Source: a virus
Strand: one strand, 5' to 3'
Virus record (IMG/VR): IMGVR_UViG_3300036850_000087
Coordinates: 1 to 41,812 of that record
DNA: 41,812 nucleotides
The position numbers were made by a program, and so were the translations under genes. The number at the start of each line of letters is the position of its first letter. Position 1 is the stretch's first letter. Under the pieces are notes generated by a model. That model did no database searches. It was not told the DNA's origin and saw nothing but the letters and a program-made list of their open reading frames with translations. Shown piece by piece: positions 7,955 to 15,864 of this stretch.

Positions 7955-8276
7955 TGAGCCTCTTCGTCACGGACTCGTGGACCAACCGGGCCATCCTGAG
8001 ATTGTTGGGTGACATCTGCCCCCTTCGGCGGTTGTATCCGAAGTGGAGGTTCTGGGAACGGGTGGCGGGCTTGAGGTGGTCGGGGTTGATGCAATGCCGC
8101 GGGCACCTGTGGGTGTGGTCCAGGTCGGAGCCTTCAGGGATGGGGCCGATGAACAGTTCATAGGACTTTCGGTGCTCACCGTGAGGGGGATAACCGTCGT
8201 TGTTCAATGCTCCGGTCCACAGCCAGTGGCCTTTGGAGTACTCAACCTTGCTCAGGAGCTTTTGCTTTGCGTCCAA
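7929..8276 (-). CDS. HNH homing-type endonuclease (HNH_3-like)
   Basis: 115 aa. GHWLWTGALNNDGYPPHGEHRKSYELFIGPIPEGSDLDHTHRCPRHCINPDHLKPATRSQN matches the phage HNH_3 pattern (W.w.g....GYg...aHR..y....G.ip.g..v.H.C....C.nP.HL......N). Confidence 0.8.
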   Translation of the reverse strand: MDAKQKLLSKVEYSKGHWLWTGALNNDGYPPHGEHRKSYELFIGPIPEGSDLDHTHRCPRHCINPDHLKPATRSQNLHFGYNRRRGQMSPNNLRMARLVHESVTKRLNAPVSPSL

Positions 8277-8475
8277 CCGCTACCCCGATCTCATCTCGTG
8301 GCTTTCCCTGCTTGATGTGCTCGGTCATGTCCCAGGTGGCCTGGGCTAGCTGTTTGGAAAGCTCCGCCGCAGCCGAACGGGCCTTAGATTCATCTGCGGT
8401 GTTCTGACACACGCCTACGACATCAAGGGCCAGCCTCAGAGCTTTGCGCAGACGTTCGACGTGGTCTTCAGCCAC
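8242..8475 (-). CDS. Hypothetical helical protein
   Basis: 77-aa ORF in the operon. It overlaps both neighbours by a few codons. Confidence 0.5.
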   Translation of the reverse strand: MAEDHVERLRKALRLALDVVGVCQNTADESKARSAAAELSKQLAQATWDMTEHIKQGKPRDEIGVAVGRKAKAPEQG

Positions 8476-8653
8476 CGATCTGTTCCATCTCCGCCATCCG
8501 TGCGAGACAACTTGGTGAACAGAAGAACAGTTCTTGTCTCAGCCAATCTCTCCGACCTGTTCTCCGCACCTCGAACCATCCATCCGGGTCGGAATCGATA
8601 GCTTGTATCCCGCAGGTGTCACAGAACAGCTTCACATCGAAGACCTTGCCCAT
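8468..8653 (-). CDS. Hypothetical Cys-rich small protein
   Basis: 61 aa with CDTC...CSPSC. It lies directly downstream of the terminase gene. Confidence 0.5.
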   Translation of the reverse strand: MGKVFDVKLFCDTCGIQAIDSDPDGWFEVRRTGRRDWLRQELFFCSPSCLARMAEMEQIGG

Positions 8654-8656
8654 CAG

Positions 8657-10345
8657 TTAGTTCCACCCATACTCGGCCCCTATCGTCTCACGCAGGTCCA
8701 CCCGTTCCCCGAAGATTAGGCCATCGCTACGACGGGGAGTCACCTCCCATTCATCCAGCTTCGGTTCAGTTGATTCGCACAGCACCGTGACGGCCAAAGC
8801 GTCTACGAGGTCGTCATTGGCCGCTGCGGTCCCGTATGCGGCTGCTCCGGGGGCTCCGTAGAACTGGTAGGCCCGGAGCTGTTCGTAGGTCCTTCTGTCG
8901 TGAAGGGTGAGGGTTTGTCTCTCAAGGTCTTCTCCGAGCTTTGATATCGACCAGTACTTGCGCTTGTAGTTGCCCGCAGAGAACCCCAAAAGGACATTGG
9001 ACATCTGCTTGCCGGGCCATCGGTCTGGAAGTCTGTGCTGCCAGATGTTGTCGTAGATCAAGGAAAGCCTCCCGATGGTTCCCATCCCTCCCCCTTCTAT
9101 CTCGGGGGCGATCATGGCGTTGTTGTAGAACATCCCCAGACGCGCCAACTCGTCGGCGAAGTTAATGGGGTTGATGCGTCCCTCCCAGACCGCCACCTGC
9201 TCTCTGTTGCGACGTGAGACGACGTGGGCGGCGGCGTAATCGCCCTCGTAGGAGCCCATGGTCGGATCGGCCCCGATGAAGTATTTGGCGTATTCGAGGT
9301 CGGCTCCGGGCTTCTTGAACATGCGGATGGGGCCTTTGGCGTCCTCCACCCATCTGACCTCACCGGGACCCGAACCCGTGACCAACCGGCCCCTCTGATA
9401 AGGCTCGGGTCTATAGCACGCCTCGATCCACTTCTGGTTGAAGGCCGGCATCCCCGAGGAGATGAAGGCTTCATCTGGTGACGAGGGGTATTCCTGATGA
9501 AAGAGGTCTAGCGACCCCGTGCAGTCGTTGACGATGGCCCAGCGCCTCCAGGCCAGATGGGCCTTGTCTGTGGCTAGGGGGACCTGCTCTGAGCCCAGCC
9601 AGCGAGGGATCTTTTTGGACAGCTCCTTCTCCTCTGCGTCTAAAGCTCCGAGCTCTCGTATGGCCTGGGTGCAGATGTCGCACGTCCCGTCGGTACATCT
9701 GGCTCCTGAACAGGGAATGCATTCGGGGTGAGCCATCCACGGCAGGAATATGGGGGTGTACTCAGACTCCCCTGAGGCCGCCATCTGCCAGTTCAGCTCC
9801 CACCAGTTGCCGATGCCGTTGGCCGTTGACTCGAGGATCTGGATGGTTCGAGGAAGTTTGGGGACGGCGTTGTTGAAGGCCGTCATCACAGACACGGGGT
9901 CGGAGAAGTACGCAACCTCCGAGGCATGAAGAGCTTGGACAGTCCTAGACCTAGCAGCAGTCTTTCTTTCCGCCGTCATGCAGCGGAGCGAGGAGTGCAG
10001 CTTGGAGAAGGTCATCTCGCGTCGGGTGGAGTACTTGGTTCGGAACTTGCGTCTATGACCCCAGGTCTCATAGAAGAGCTTGGTCTTCTGAAACAGCTCT
10101 TCTGTGGCCTCCGTCTCGTGGGCGGCCGTCGTGCAGTTGGAGGGGGCGAAGACGATGGCCCAGCAGAACATCAGGGCTTGAGCCAGCGTCGAGACTCCGA
10201 ATTGCCGGCCTTTGAGGATGTAGTAGCGGCCGGGGCGTTCGTCCTCTAGGTCCTGGTGGATGTGGCGGAGGATGATCTTCTGGGCCCAGTTCGGCTCGAA
10301 AGGGATAAGCCTCTGGTCCTTGGTGGTGATGTAGAGCTGCCTCAA
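8657..10345 (-). CDS. terL: Terminase large subunit
   Basis: 562 aa. The N-terminal ATPase has YILKGRQFGVST (the KxRQxGxS Walker-A variant typical of Terminase_6-type TerL). The C-terminal nuclease-like region contains IGADP...D..A motifs. Confidence 0.8.
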   Translation of the reverse strand: MRQLYITTKDQRLIPFEPNWAQKIILRHIHQDLEDERPGRYYILKGRQFGVSTLAQALMFCWAIVFAPSNCTTAAHETEATEELFQKTKLFYETWGHRRKFRTKYSTRREMTFSKLHSSLRCMTAERKTAARSRTVQALHASEVAYFSDPVSVMTAFNNAVPKLPRTIQILESTANGIGNWWELNWQMAASGESEYTPIFLPWMAHPECIPCSGARCTDGTCDICTQAIRELGALDAEEKELSKKIPRWLGSEQVPLATDKAHLAWRRWAIVNDCTGSLDLFHQEYPSSPDEAFISSGMPAFNQKWIEACYRPEPYQRGRLVTGSGPGEVRWVEDAKGPIRMFKKPGADLEYAKYFIGADPTMGSYEGDYAAAHVVSRRNREQVAVWEGRINPINFADELARLGMFYNNAMIAPEIEGGGMGTIGRLSLIYDNIWQHRLPDRWPGKQMSNVLLGFSAGNYKRKYWSISKLGEDLERQTLTLHDRRTYEQLRAYQFYGAPGAAAYGTAAANDDLVDALAVTVLCESTEPKLDEWEVTPRRSDGLIFGERVDLRETIGAEYGWN

Positions 10346-10365
10346 CAGAGGCGTCAGGTCGTAGG

Positions 10366-10539
10366 TCAGCCGTCCATACCAGCCCTAGAGTCCTTAGCTT
10401 CTGCCTTCTTCTCCTGAGCCCAGTTCCAAGCTGCTCGATCTCCAACTTCGTAACAATCCCGAGTGAAGTCACGTAGAGCCCACAGGCGATGGGAGTGCGA
10501 CTTGTAGATATCCATAAGGTCGGCAAGCCTTTCCGTCAT
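10366..10539 (-). CDS. Small hypothetical protein (57 aa)
   Basis: The ATG at 10539 overlaps the upstream TAA (TAATG). Sequence: MTERLADLMDIYKSHSHRLWALRDF.... The longer track start lies inside 10539..10892. Confidence 0.5.
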   Translation of the reverse strand: MTERLADLMDIYKSHSHRLWALRDFTRDCYEVGDRAAWNWAQEKKAEAKDSRAGMDG

Positions 10540-10892
10540 TACCGATCCCCTTTCGAATCGTTCTTCACCAGCTTGAGGATGTCGGCAGCCCCGTCGGCGT
10601 CGAAGTCGTCGGCATCGGGGCTCAGGGTCAATATGACCCGGATGAGCTGAGAGCGGATGTGGGCGGGGGTATCGGGTGACTCCAAAAGCCATCGGGCGTT
10701 ACGGCGGGCCAGCTTCCTCAGGTATTCCAGGCTTCGATCTGTGGGCAGCTTGCCTTTGGGAGCCGGGGCGCTGCGGTGCTTCTGCATCCCCTGACGGGAG
10801 GCGATCCGCTGGCATTCGTCGCAGGTCTGACCCGGCGAGGCGTAGGGCTTCTTCCCGCATTTGGGGCAGAGAAGGGGTTCAGTAGGGTCCAA
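10539..10892 (-). CDS. Zinc-ribbon protein; possible small terminase subunit by position only
   Basis: 117 aa with N-terminal CPKCG....CDEC, upstream of terL. There is no recognisable TerS motif, so the function is positional inference. Confidence 0.4.
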   Translation of the reverse strand: MDPTEPLLCPKCGKKPYASPGQTCDECQRIASRQGMQKHRSAPAPKGKLPTDRSLEYLRKLARRNARWLLESPDTPAHIRSQLIRVILTLSPDADDFDADGAADILKLVKNDSKGDR

Positions 10893-10942
10893 ATCCCACG
10901 CTCCGTGGCAGAAACGGGTATCCGGCCGGTGAGGACTTCAAC

Positions 10943-11230
10943 TCAGCGTGGTATTTCATGAGGCCTCAACCCCTGAACCGTGGTATCGAAGGGGTCCTCG
11001 TCCAGCCAGTTCGGCAGTTCCGGCTCCGCCGTCAGATCGTCGGACAGGGCTTCCGTGGAAGGTGTCTCTTCGGGGTTTGACTGCTTGTAAGACCCCGGGT
11101 AAGCGATAGCCTCAGCCGTCCTCTCCACCACGGATAGTTGCAGGTCAACAAGCCTTTTGAGGGAGAAGAAAAGAAGAAAACCCCAAAGCAAGCTCTGTAT
11201 GAGCACAAGGCCTACAACCAGGTAGAGCAT
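10943..11230 (-). CDS. Membrane-anchored protein (one N-terminal TM helix)
   Basis: 95 aa. MLYLVVGLVLIQSLLWGFLLFFSL is followed by an acidic tail. TACAAT lies 6 nt upstream of the ATG (leaderless-type arrangement). Confidence 0.6.
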   Translation of the reverse strand: MLYLVVGLVLIQSLLWGFLLFFSLKRLVDLQLSVVERTAEAIAYPGSYKQSNPEETPSTEALSDDLTAEPELPNWLDEDPFDTTVQGLRPHEIPR

Positions 11231-11236
11231 GAGCTG

Positions 11237-11242
11237 ATTGTA
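11237..11242 (-). promoter_or_regulatory. Candidate -10 box (TACAAT) for a leaderless transcript starting at the ATG at 11230
   Basis: On the minus strand TACAAT is followed by cagctc and then ATG. The -35 is weak (CTGATT at 17 nt). It lies in the 143-bp intergenic gap upstream of the terminase operon. Confidence 0.3.
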
Positions 11243-11373
11243 GTCGCTGCATAACGGAAAATCAGTACTGGGTTCAAGTTCTGGCGAACTCTCCTGTAGA
11301 ACCTAGGAGTCCCTTGGAGTTGACACGAGTTGGTGAGGACGCGACTACCAGAGGATGAGGGATGAAGCTTGAT

Positions 11374-11568
11374 CTAGGCAGGGGTGGGGTACTGCCTCAT
11401 GGCTCTCTTGACCAGCTGCTGGGCTCCTGACCTAGAGATACCTAGAGCCTTACCTATATCAGCTAGGGATAGGCCGGCCTCTCGAGCTCTGAGCACTGCG
11501 TCGTAGAGCTGGCGTAGGGATCTAGCCCTGGCTTTATGGGCTTGGAGGAGTCTGTCGGCTGGGGTCAT
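11374..11568 (-). CDS. Helix-turn-helix DNA-binding protein (64 aa)
   Basis: MTPADRLL...AREAGLSLADIGKALGISRSGAQQLVKRA is a classic HTH (sigma-region-4 / resolvase-HTH-like). The start at 11568 fits a leaderless promoter. The track start at 11634 would span the promoter. Confidence 0.65.
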   Translation of the reverse strand: MTPADRLLQAHKARARSLRQLYDAVLRAREAGLSLADIGKALGISRSGAQQLVKRAMRQYPTPA

Positions 11569-11575
11569 GGATTGT

Positions 11576-11604
11576 ACGCTACCTATTGACATGACAGCTG
11601 TCAA
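11576..11604 (-). promoter_or_regulatory. Leftward promoter TTGACA-N17-TAGCGT, placed for a leaderless mRNA of 11374..11568
   Basis: Minus strand: TTGACA (11604-11599), a 17-nt spacer, TAGCGT (11581-11576), then 7 nt to the ATG at 11568. Confidence 0.5.
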
Positions 11605-11614
11605 CCTGTATAGT
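11586..11614 (+). promoter_or_regulatory. Rightward consensus promoter TTGACA-N17-TATAGT, placed for a leaderless mRNA of 11621..11869. It overlaps the palindrome TGACAGCTGTCA.
   Basis: TTGACA at 11586-11591, a 17-nt spacer containing the perfect 12-bp palindrome at 11592-11603, TATAGT at 11609-11614, and the ATG 6 nt downstream. Confidence 0.65.
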
Positions 11615-11620
11615 CGCGGT

Positions 11621-11869
11621 ATGCATCGGAACATCCTAAGGGCAGCACGGCTCTACATCGCTCATTGCGACGAGCGAGGAGCTAAGACGATGACGGGCGT
11701 CCGTGCCTATAAATCCTTGCAAGCCAGTATCGCGGGTGATCTCTGCACCGCAGCAGCAGATGTCTGGGATCGTTTCGAGGGTGAAGCCCACGACGAGGAA
11801 ACGCAAGCACTACTAGACCGTCTGCAAACCGCCCTACACAACCTCGTGAGCCCTAGCTTCGAGGTTTGA
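11621..11869 (+). CDS. Hypothetical protein (82 aa) expressed from the rightward leaderless promoter
   Basis: The ATG at 11621 follows the TATAGT box by 6 nt. Sequence: MHRNILRAARLYIAHCDERG.... The track start at 11567 would lie upstream of its own promoter. Confidence 0.5.
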   Translation: MHRNILRAARLYIAHCDERGAKTMTGVRAYKSLQASIAGDLCTAAADVWDRFEGEAHDEETQALLDRLQTALHNLVSPSFEV

Positions 11870-11887
11870 GGCTAGGGTTTCTGTTTG

Positions 11888-12244
11888 TCAGAAGATTTGG
11901 CTATCCATCCTTGCTGAATCCGCTGCTAACACCGCCTGTCGGAGGTCACGCCAAAGAACACCCATCGCCTCGCACATCGGGCCATCAAGATCGGCACAGT
12001 TCTCACAGGTTCCGACTCCATCTGCACCTGAGGCGTCGTGGTCAAGCAATGCGCGAGCAGCATCGAGAACCCCTTCGGCAAAACATCCATGGGATACACC
12101 CTTGCTTAGGAGACTCATAACAGCCCCCGCTGCACGGCGAGCAAGATAGCTAGCTTCATCGGCCTTAAAACCCGGTTCGCCTGTCGGGTGATATTCCTGC
12201 TCTATTGCGGACTGGACACGTGTTGCCAGTGTTGCGTCACTCAT
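11888..12244 (-). CDS. Hypothetical protein (118 aa)
   Basis: The ATG at 12244 overlaps the end of the upstream gene (ATGAGTGA). Sequence: MSDATLATRVQSAIEQEY.... Confidence 0.55.
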   Translation of the reverse strand: MSDATLATRVQSAIEQEYHPTGEPGFKADEASYLARRAAGAVMSLLSKGVSHGCFAEGVLDAARALLDHDASGADGVGTCENCADLDGPMCEAMGVLWRDLRQAVLAADSARMDSQIF

Positions 12245-13028
12245 GTCTTCCCTCTGCCTTCTCCCAGTCCTGCTCATCATTGATATCCAGGGCGTCTTTG
12301 CCCTCTGTGAGAAACATACCGATACGATCCCCAGCTAATGTCCCAGTTCGGTAGAAGGATTCGGCTCTGAATATCTCTAGGGCTCCGGTCTGGATGTATG
12401 CGTCCTGAAGAGACTGCGTGGGCTTCTCGTAGAGGTGCTTCTTCGCTGAGACTGTGGTGATGGGGTCCATGGTGGGGAAGACTTCTCCTCGCGTGCCCCC
12501 TGTCACGATCGGCCCTTCTTCATACGAGCCCCACTCAAGGACCTCCAATCCGCCCGTCGCTATCCAGTCCTCCAGCACCCACTGCTTGTAAGCGTGCTCA
12601 GAGGCCCTACGAACCGCTCTGAGGCTGTCTAAGGGCTGGCAGGCTTCCCACTGCCGTAAGGCCCTACGGATCGTCTCAGGGCCTCTGAAGGGGCTTGTAG
12701 GCCGTAGGAGGACGATGTCGTATCTCCCCGGAACCTGGAGGGCTTGAAGCGTGGTCCTCACCCAGTAGAAGTCCCCTAGGTCCTCTACAGCAGACTTCGG
12801 GTCTTGAGGGAGCCATTCCACTCCTAGGTCCTTGGCGATGGCTGAGCATTCCTTGGAGTCGGTGATAACGAAAACCGTTTCGGGGTCGAAGACCTCTTTG
12901 GCGACCTCTACGGTCCAGGAGATGAGGGGCTTGCCGGCTAGCTCTCTCCAGTTCTTACCTGGGAGACGTTGGGAGCCGGCTCGAGCTGGGATGAGGACCA
13001 GGTATTCAGGCATCGGTGTTGTGGTCAT
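12237..13028 (-). CDS. Acylneuraminate (nonulosonate / CMP-sugar) cytidylyltransferase family protein, NeuA-like
   Basis: 263 aa. LVLIPARAGSQRLPGKNWRELAGKPLISWTVEVAKE...VFVITDS matches the CTP_transf_3 signature (iPARggS.rlp.KN...l.GkPLi.wt...a). Confidence 0.75.
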   Translation of the reverse strand: MTTTPMPEYLVLIPARAGSQRLPGKNWRELAGKPLISWTVEVAKEVFDPETVFVITDSKECSAIAKDLGVEWLPQDPKSAVEDLGDFYWVRTTLQALQVPGRYDIVLLRPTSPFRGPETIRRALRQWEACQPLDSLRAVRRASEHAYKQWVLEDWIATGGLEVLEWGSYEEGPIVTGGTRGEVFPTMDPITTVSAKKHLYEKPTQSLQDAYIQTGALEIFRAESFYRTGTLAGDRIGMFLTEGKDALDINDEQDWEKAEGRHE

Positions 13029-13194
13029 CGGACGCGAACAGGTCCGTCAAGAACTGACGCTCAATCTCAGCGGCAAGCTTGCGGGACTGGCGCTCAACTT
13101 CGGCCTTGAACGCACGATCAAACTCTTGGACAAGCGCCACGTTCTCAGCGCGGCTGCCCTGATATCCACCGGGGCTAAGCATCAGTGGTCCCAT
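13006..13194 (-). CDS. Hypothetical small protein
   Basis: 62-aa helical ORF in the operon; it overlaps its neighbours. Confidence 0.45.
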   Translation of the reverse strand: MGPLMLSPGGYQGSRAENVALVQEFDRAFKAEVERQSRKLAAEIERQFLTDLFASDDHNTDA

Positions 13195-13283
13195 GCCTTC
13201 AGTGCCTCACGCGCGTCAAGAACAGACTCCACCCGACGTTCCAGCCGCCCGATCCGGCTGTCGTCACCCCACGTCCCTTTCAT
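13182..13283 (-). CDS. Possible micro-ORF (33 aa)
   Basis: The ATG at 13283 overlaps the upstream TGA (ATGA). Sequence: MKGTWGDDSRIGRLERRVESVLDAREALKAWDH. It fills an otherwise unexplained 86-nt gap. Confidence 0.35.
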   Translation of the reverse strand: MKGTWGDDSRIGRLERRVESVLDAREALKAWDH

Positions 13284-13555
13284 CGTTCCCCCGCATCGGA
13301 CTGCTGATCCCATGCCAGCGCGAGCTGGATGTGGGCGCTTGTGAGGTCGGGGTACAGATATTCGATGTCGCCCACCGTCAGCCCGCGTTCTCTAGCGAGC
13401 GCCTTGATGCTCGCTACAGGGATGCGGGTGCCGTCGATACGGGGAACACCCCCCACCACGCCGGGGTCCTGGACGATTCGTGGAGGCGTCTGGATCGGGT
13501 CGCCCCGCTCGACCTCGCCGGTTCCCCCGCAGGTGCGGCAGATGAACTTCGTCAT
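13280..13555 (-). CDS. Zinc-ribbon + DUF433 domain protein
   Basis: 91 aa. N-terminal CRTCGGTG, then GGVPRIDGTRIPVASIKALARERGLTVGDIEYLYPDLTSAHIQLALAW, which matches the DUF433 pattern (G.P.i.GtRi.v..i......G.s.eei...yp.lt...i..AL.y). Confidence 0.65.
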   Translation of the reverse strand: MTKFICRTCGGTGEVERGDPIQTPPRIVQDPGVVGGVPRIDGTRIPVASIKALARERGLTVGDIEYLYPDLTSAHIQLALAWDQQSDAGER

Positions 13556-13834
13556 TCAGTCCCCCTCGGCAGATGACATGGTGAGGACGGACGCGGACCC
13601 AGACGCGCCTTTGGAACCAGGGGCTCCTGGCTGACCGTCTGGGTCCTTCGTATGAGCGTCCGCAGGCGCTGCTCTGGCTGAATCGAAAGCATTGATCGCC
13701 GCCTTGAGGCGACGAATGTTCTCTCGAACGATCGGGTCCTCCACTGCTCGAAGCAAACTGGCCTCACTCAAGTTCAGGCGACGGGCCGCTTGTAAGAGGC
13801 CGACGTAGCGAACATCAAGGAATCCGTCCGTCAT
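13556..13834 (-). CDS. Hypothetical protein, possible HTH
   Basis: 92 aa. VGLLQAARRLNLSEASLLRAV resembles a short HTH. The C-terminus is low-complexity. Confidence 0.5.
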   Translation of the reverse strand: MTDGFLDVRYVGLLQAARRLNLSEASLLRAVEDPIVRENIRRLKAAINAFDSARAAPADAHTKDPDGQPGAPGSKGASGSASVLTMSSAEGD

Positions 13835-14031
13835 GCGTCCGTCCCTGCCCTGTCAGATGCCAGCTTGACCTTCATCGCAATCGCTAATAGGGCGGCTACG
13901 CCTCCACCGATGGCCTGCCAGACATGAAAAGAGCTATGAGAGATGGGATGCAGCAACACCCCGAACACCACAGACGACAGCCCTAACCCAAGCAGGAACG
14001 TTGATACTGCGTGCCAGATGTAGACACTCAT
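13831..14031 (-). CDS. Small membrane protein (2 TM helices)
   Basis: 66 aa with two hydrophobic stretches, VSTFLLGLGLSSVVFGVLL and IGGGVAALLAIAM. Confidence 0.6.
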   Translation of the reverse strand: MSVYIWHAVSTFLLGLGLSSVVFGVLLHPISHSSFHVWQAIGGGVAALLAIAMKVKLASDRAGTDA

Positions 14032-14816
14032 CGCCCCTCCTCGCTCGCCGTCGTGCTTACCACGTCGTAGGTGGCCTCGAAGATGTCAGGCTTGCATGGG
14101 TAGAACTCGCCTTTCACGCCCTTGATGATCCAGTCGCCGGGATCAGCCCGCATCTCACCTTCGAGGGTCTTGATGTAGATAACGTCCTGATGCCAGTTGG
14201 TCGGATGCGTCTCGGTCCGAAAGTCAGCCTGCCCGTCCATCCACGTCACGATGTCTAGGGTCGGGGCCACTCCGACCCGCATGGCCTCGACTTCGACCGG
14301 CTTCTTGCGCGCGATCACAGCCCACGTCATGTGCCCCTCCTCGTCTGCGGAGCGTTCGTCATGTGCCATGTGCTTCCGAACGTAGGCCAACACCCGCTCG
14401 TATCGCTGCTCATCCGTCTCGCTCTCGTAGTCGTCGTCGTTGAGCGCGATGAGATTCCAGGCGAGGGTGAACGCTAGGCCCAGGTGCTCCTCGGCCCACG
14501 ACGCCTGGTCAGCCGGATCGCCGGGTCCGTATTCGTCGCCGTTGACGTACTCCGGTAGCTCACCAACGACGCCCTTGTGACGGGCGAACGCCCCCAGGAC
14601 GCAGCACTCGACCCGCTCCCGGCCGCTGTCGTCCTGTTCGACCTTGTGAAACGTCTCGTAGGCCAGCTTCGGTTCGGGCAAAGCCAGGAGCGCGGCTTCG
14701 ATCTCACGCAGCGCCTTCTGACCGCGCTTGCTCTTGAGTGTCGTCACCGAGTTCCGCCGCCAGCGACCATCGGCCAGGGGGTCGTAGTCATCCCAATCGT
14801 CGGACACACGACTCAT
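14028..14816 (-). CDS. Hypothetical protein (262 aa)
   Basis: Long ORF in the operon. The C-terminus PGDWIIKGVKGEFYPCKPDIFEATY resembles a small domain common in actinophage early genes. Function unknown. Confidence 0.6.
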   Translation of the reverse strand: MSRVSDDWDDYDPLADGRWRRNSVTTLKSKRGQKALREIEAALLALPEPKLAYETFHKVEQDDSGRERVECCVLGAFARHKGVVGELPEYVNGDEYGPGDPADQASWAEEHLGLAFTLAWNLIALNDDDYESETDEQRYERVLAYVRKHMAHDERSADEEGHMTWAVIARKKPVEVEAMRVGVAPTLDIVTWMDGQADFRTETHPTNWHQDVIYIKTLEGEMRADPGDWIIKGVKGEFYPCKPDIFEATYDVVSTTASEEGR

Positions 14817-15049
14817 GTGGCATCACTCGCTGAGTCATGTGCCGCCCGCGGGTCGCTCCCGACAAGGAACTCCCGATGGTTACGGATGGCAGCGGCGTGG
14901 TCGCTCCGAATCCAAACAGTGCCTTGAACCTCACGCCCCGCGAAGTTCTTCACGCGCTTGTCAAGCGCAGAACAGTCCACGCCGATTCGCTCGGCCACGT
15001 CACGCGGTATCCAGCCGACCGTCGTTCGGCCCTGTGACTGCACCATCAT
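14813..15049 (-). CDS. Small DNA-binding-like protein (HTH)
   Basis: A GGGAG SD precedes tandem ATGs at 15049/15046. WIPRDVAERIGVDCSALDKRVKN is HTH-like. The N-terminal extension in the track (to 15286) overlaps the upstream gene. Confidence 0.5.
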   Translation of the reverse strand: MMVQSQGRTTVGWIPRDVAERIGVDCSALDKRVKNFAGREVQGTVWIRSDHAAAIRNHREFLVGSDPRAAHDSASDAT

Positions 15050-15056
15050 CCACTCC

Positions 15057-15350
15057 CTAGGTGGCATCGGTCTGCGACTCATGTGACGGCTTCCCATGCC
15101 CGGATGGCTCCTCTGCTTTCGTGATTGCGCGCCCGAGCATTTCGCGCACACCGTCCGGCCAGTTGCCGGGAGCATTGGTAACGAGGTCGAGCGCCTCCTT
15201 AGCCGCCGCAAGGAGCTCAGGCGCGGCTGCGACAAGCGGCATGTTCTTCGGCGCGTAGAGCTGCACATCGGAACCATCGGCGGCACGAATATCGACTCCT
15301 AAGCCGGTGGGGCCTCGTCGCAGCGTCCAGGGACCAGGCTGATGCGCCAT
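15057..15350 (-). CDS. Hypothetical protein (97 aa)
   Basis: The ATG at 15350 overlaps the upstream TAA (TAATG). Sequence: MAHQPGPWTLRRGPTGLGVDIRAADGS.... Confidence 0.5.
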   Translation of the reverse strand: MAHQPGPWTLRRGPTGLGVDIRAADGSDVQLYAPKNMPLVAAAPELLAAAKEALDLVTNAPGNWPDGVREMLGRAITKAEEPSGHGKPSHESQTDAT

Positions 15351-15682
15351 TAGGTGTCCGTCCTCTTGGACACAACGGAAGTGAGGTCGCCGTGCTCGGT
15401 CCCCTCGGTGACACAGCGCCTTTCTTCCTCGATCCACATCGAACCTGGCATGGCGCAATCAGGGCCACGCTCGTGAACCTGAATCGGACACCACAGGCTC
15501 CGAGCCTCGTCAGCGTGCTCGTCGCACGCGAGTCCGTTCTCGGTGTCGAGATCCCAGATGATGTGCCACTTCGCAGGAGCACCGCAGAGCTTGCCCCACC
15601 CACCGATAGCGCGCCCGCACGTCCCTGTACTTGCGATGACGATTCCGTCCTCGACTGGCCCAAGGGGCGGCGTGACGGTCAC
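15350..15682 (-). CDS. Hypothetical Cys-rich protein
   Basis: 110-aa ORF in the operon with 4-nt overlaps. Confidence 0.5.
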   Translation of the reverse strand: MTVTPPLGPVEDGIVIASTGTCGRAIGGWGKLCGAPAKWHIIWDLDTENGLACDEHADEARSLWCPIQVHERGPDCAMPGSMWIEEERRCVTEGTEHGDLTSVVSKRTDT

Positions 15683-15864
15683 GACTGACCCTCCGTCACA
15701 GTTCCTTGGGACTCGTGTGCCGCAACCCTTGCCAATGCAGCCTCACGCGCCGCCTGCTCGCTTTCGTAGCCGTCTGAGATCAGCATGAGGGGGAAGCCGA
15801 TACGGAACGCCCAATCTCCCCCGAGGCGTTCTGGCATCTGGTACACATCGAAGTCAACGGTCAT
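15679..15864 (-). CDS. Hypothetical small protein
   Basis: 61-aa ORF in the operon. Confidence 0.45.
   Translation of the reverse strand: MTVDFDVYQMPERLGGDWAFRIGFPLMLISDGYESEQAAREAALARVAAHESQGTVTEGQS

Noticed and set aside
11255-11285. tRNA-like T-arm impression (GGGTTCAAGTTCTGG)
   Set aside because: The flanking bases do not form a 5-bp T-stem, and no acceptor or anticodon arms can be drawn. I saw no tRNA anywhere in the window.
11296-11320. Inverted repeat CTCCTgtagaacctAGGAG downstream of the HTH gene as a terminator
   Set aside because: The stem is only 5 bp, the loop is 9 nt and there is no U-tract. That is too weak to call.
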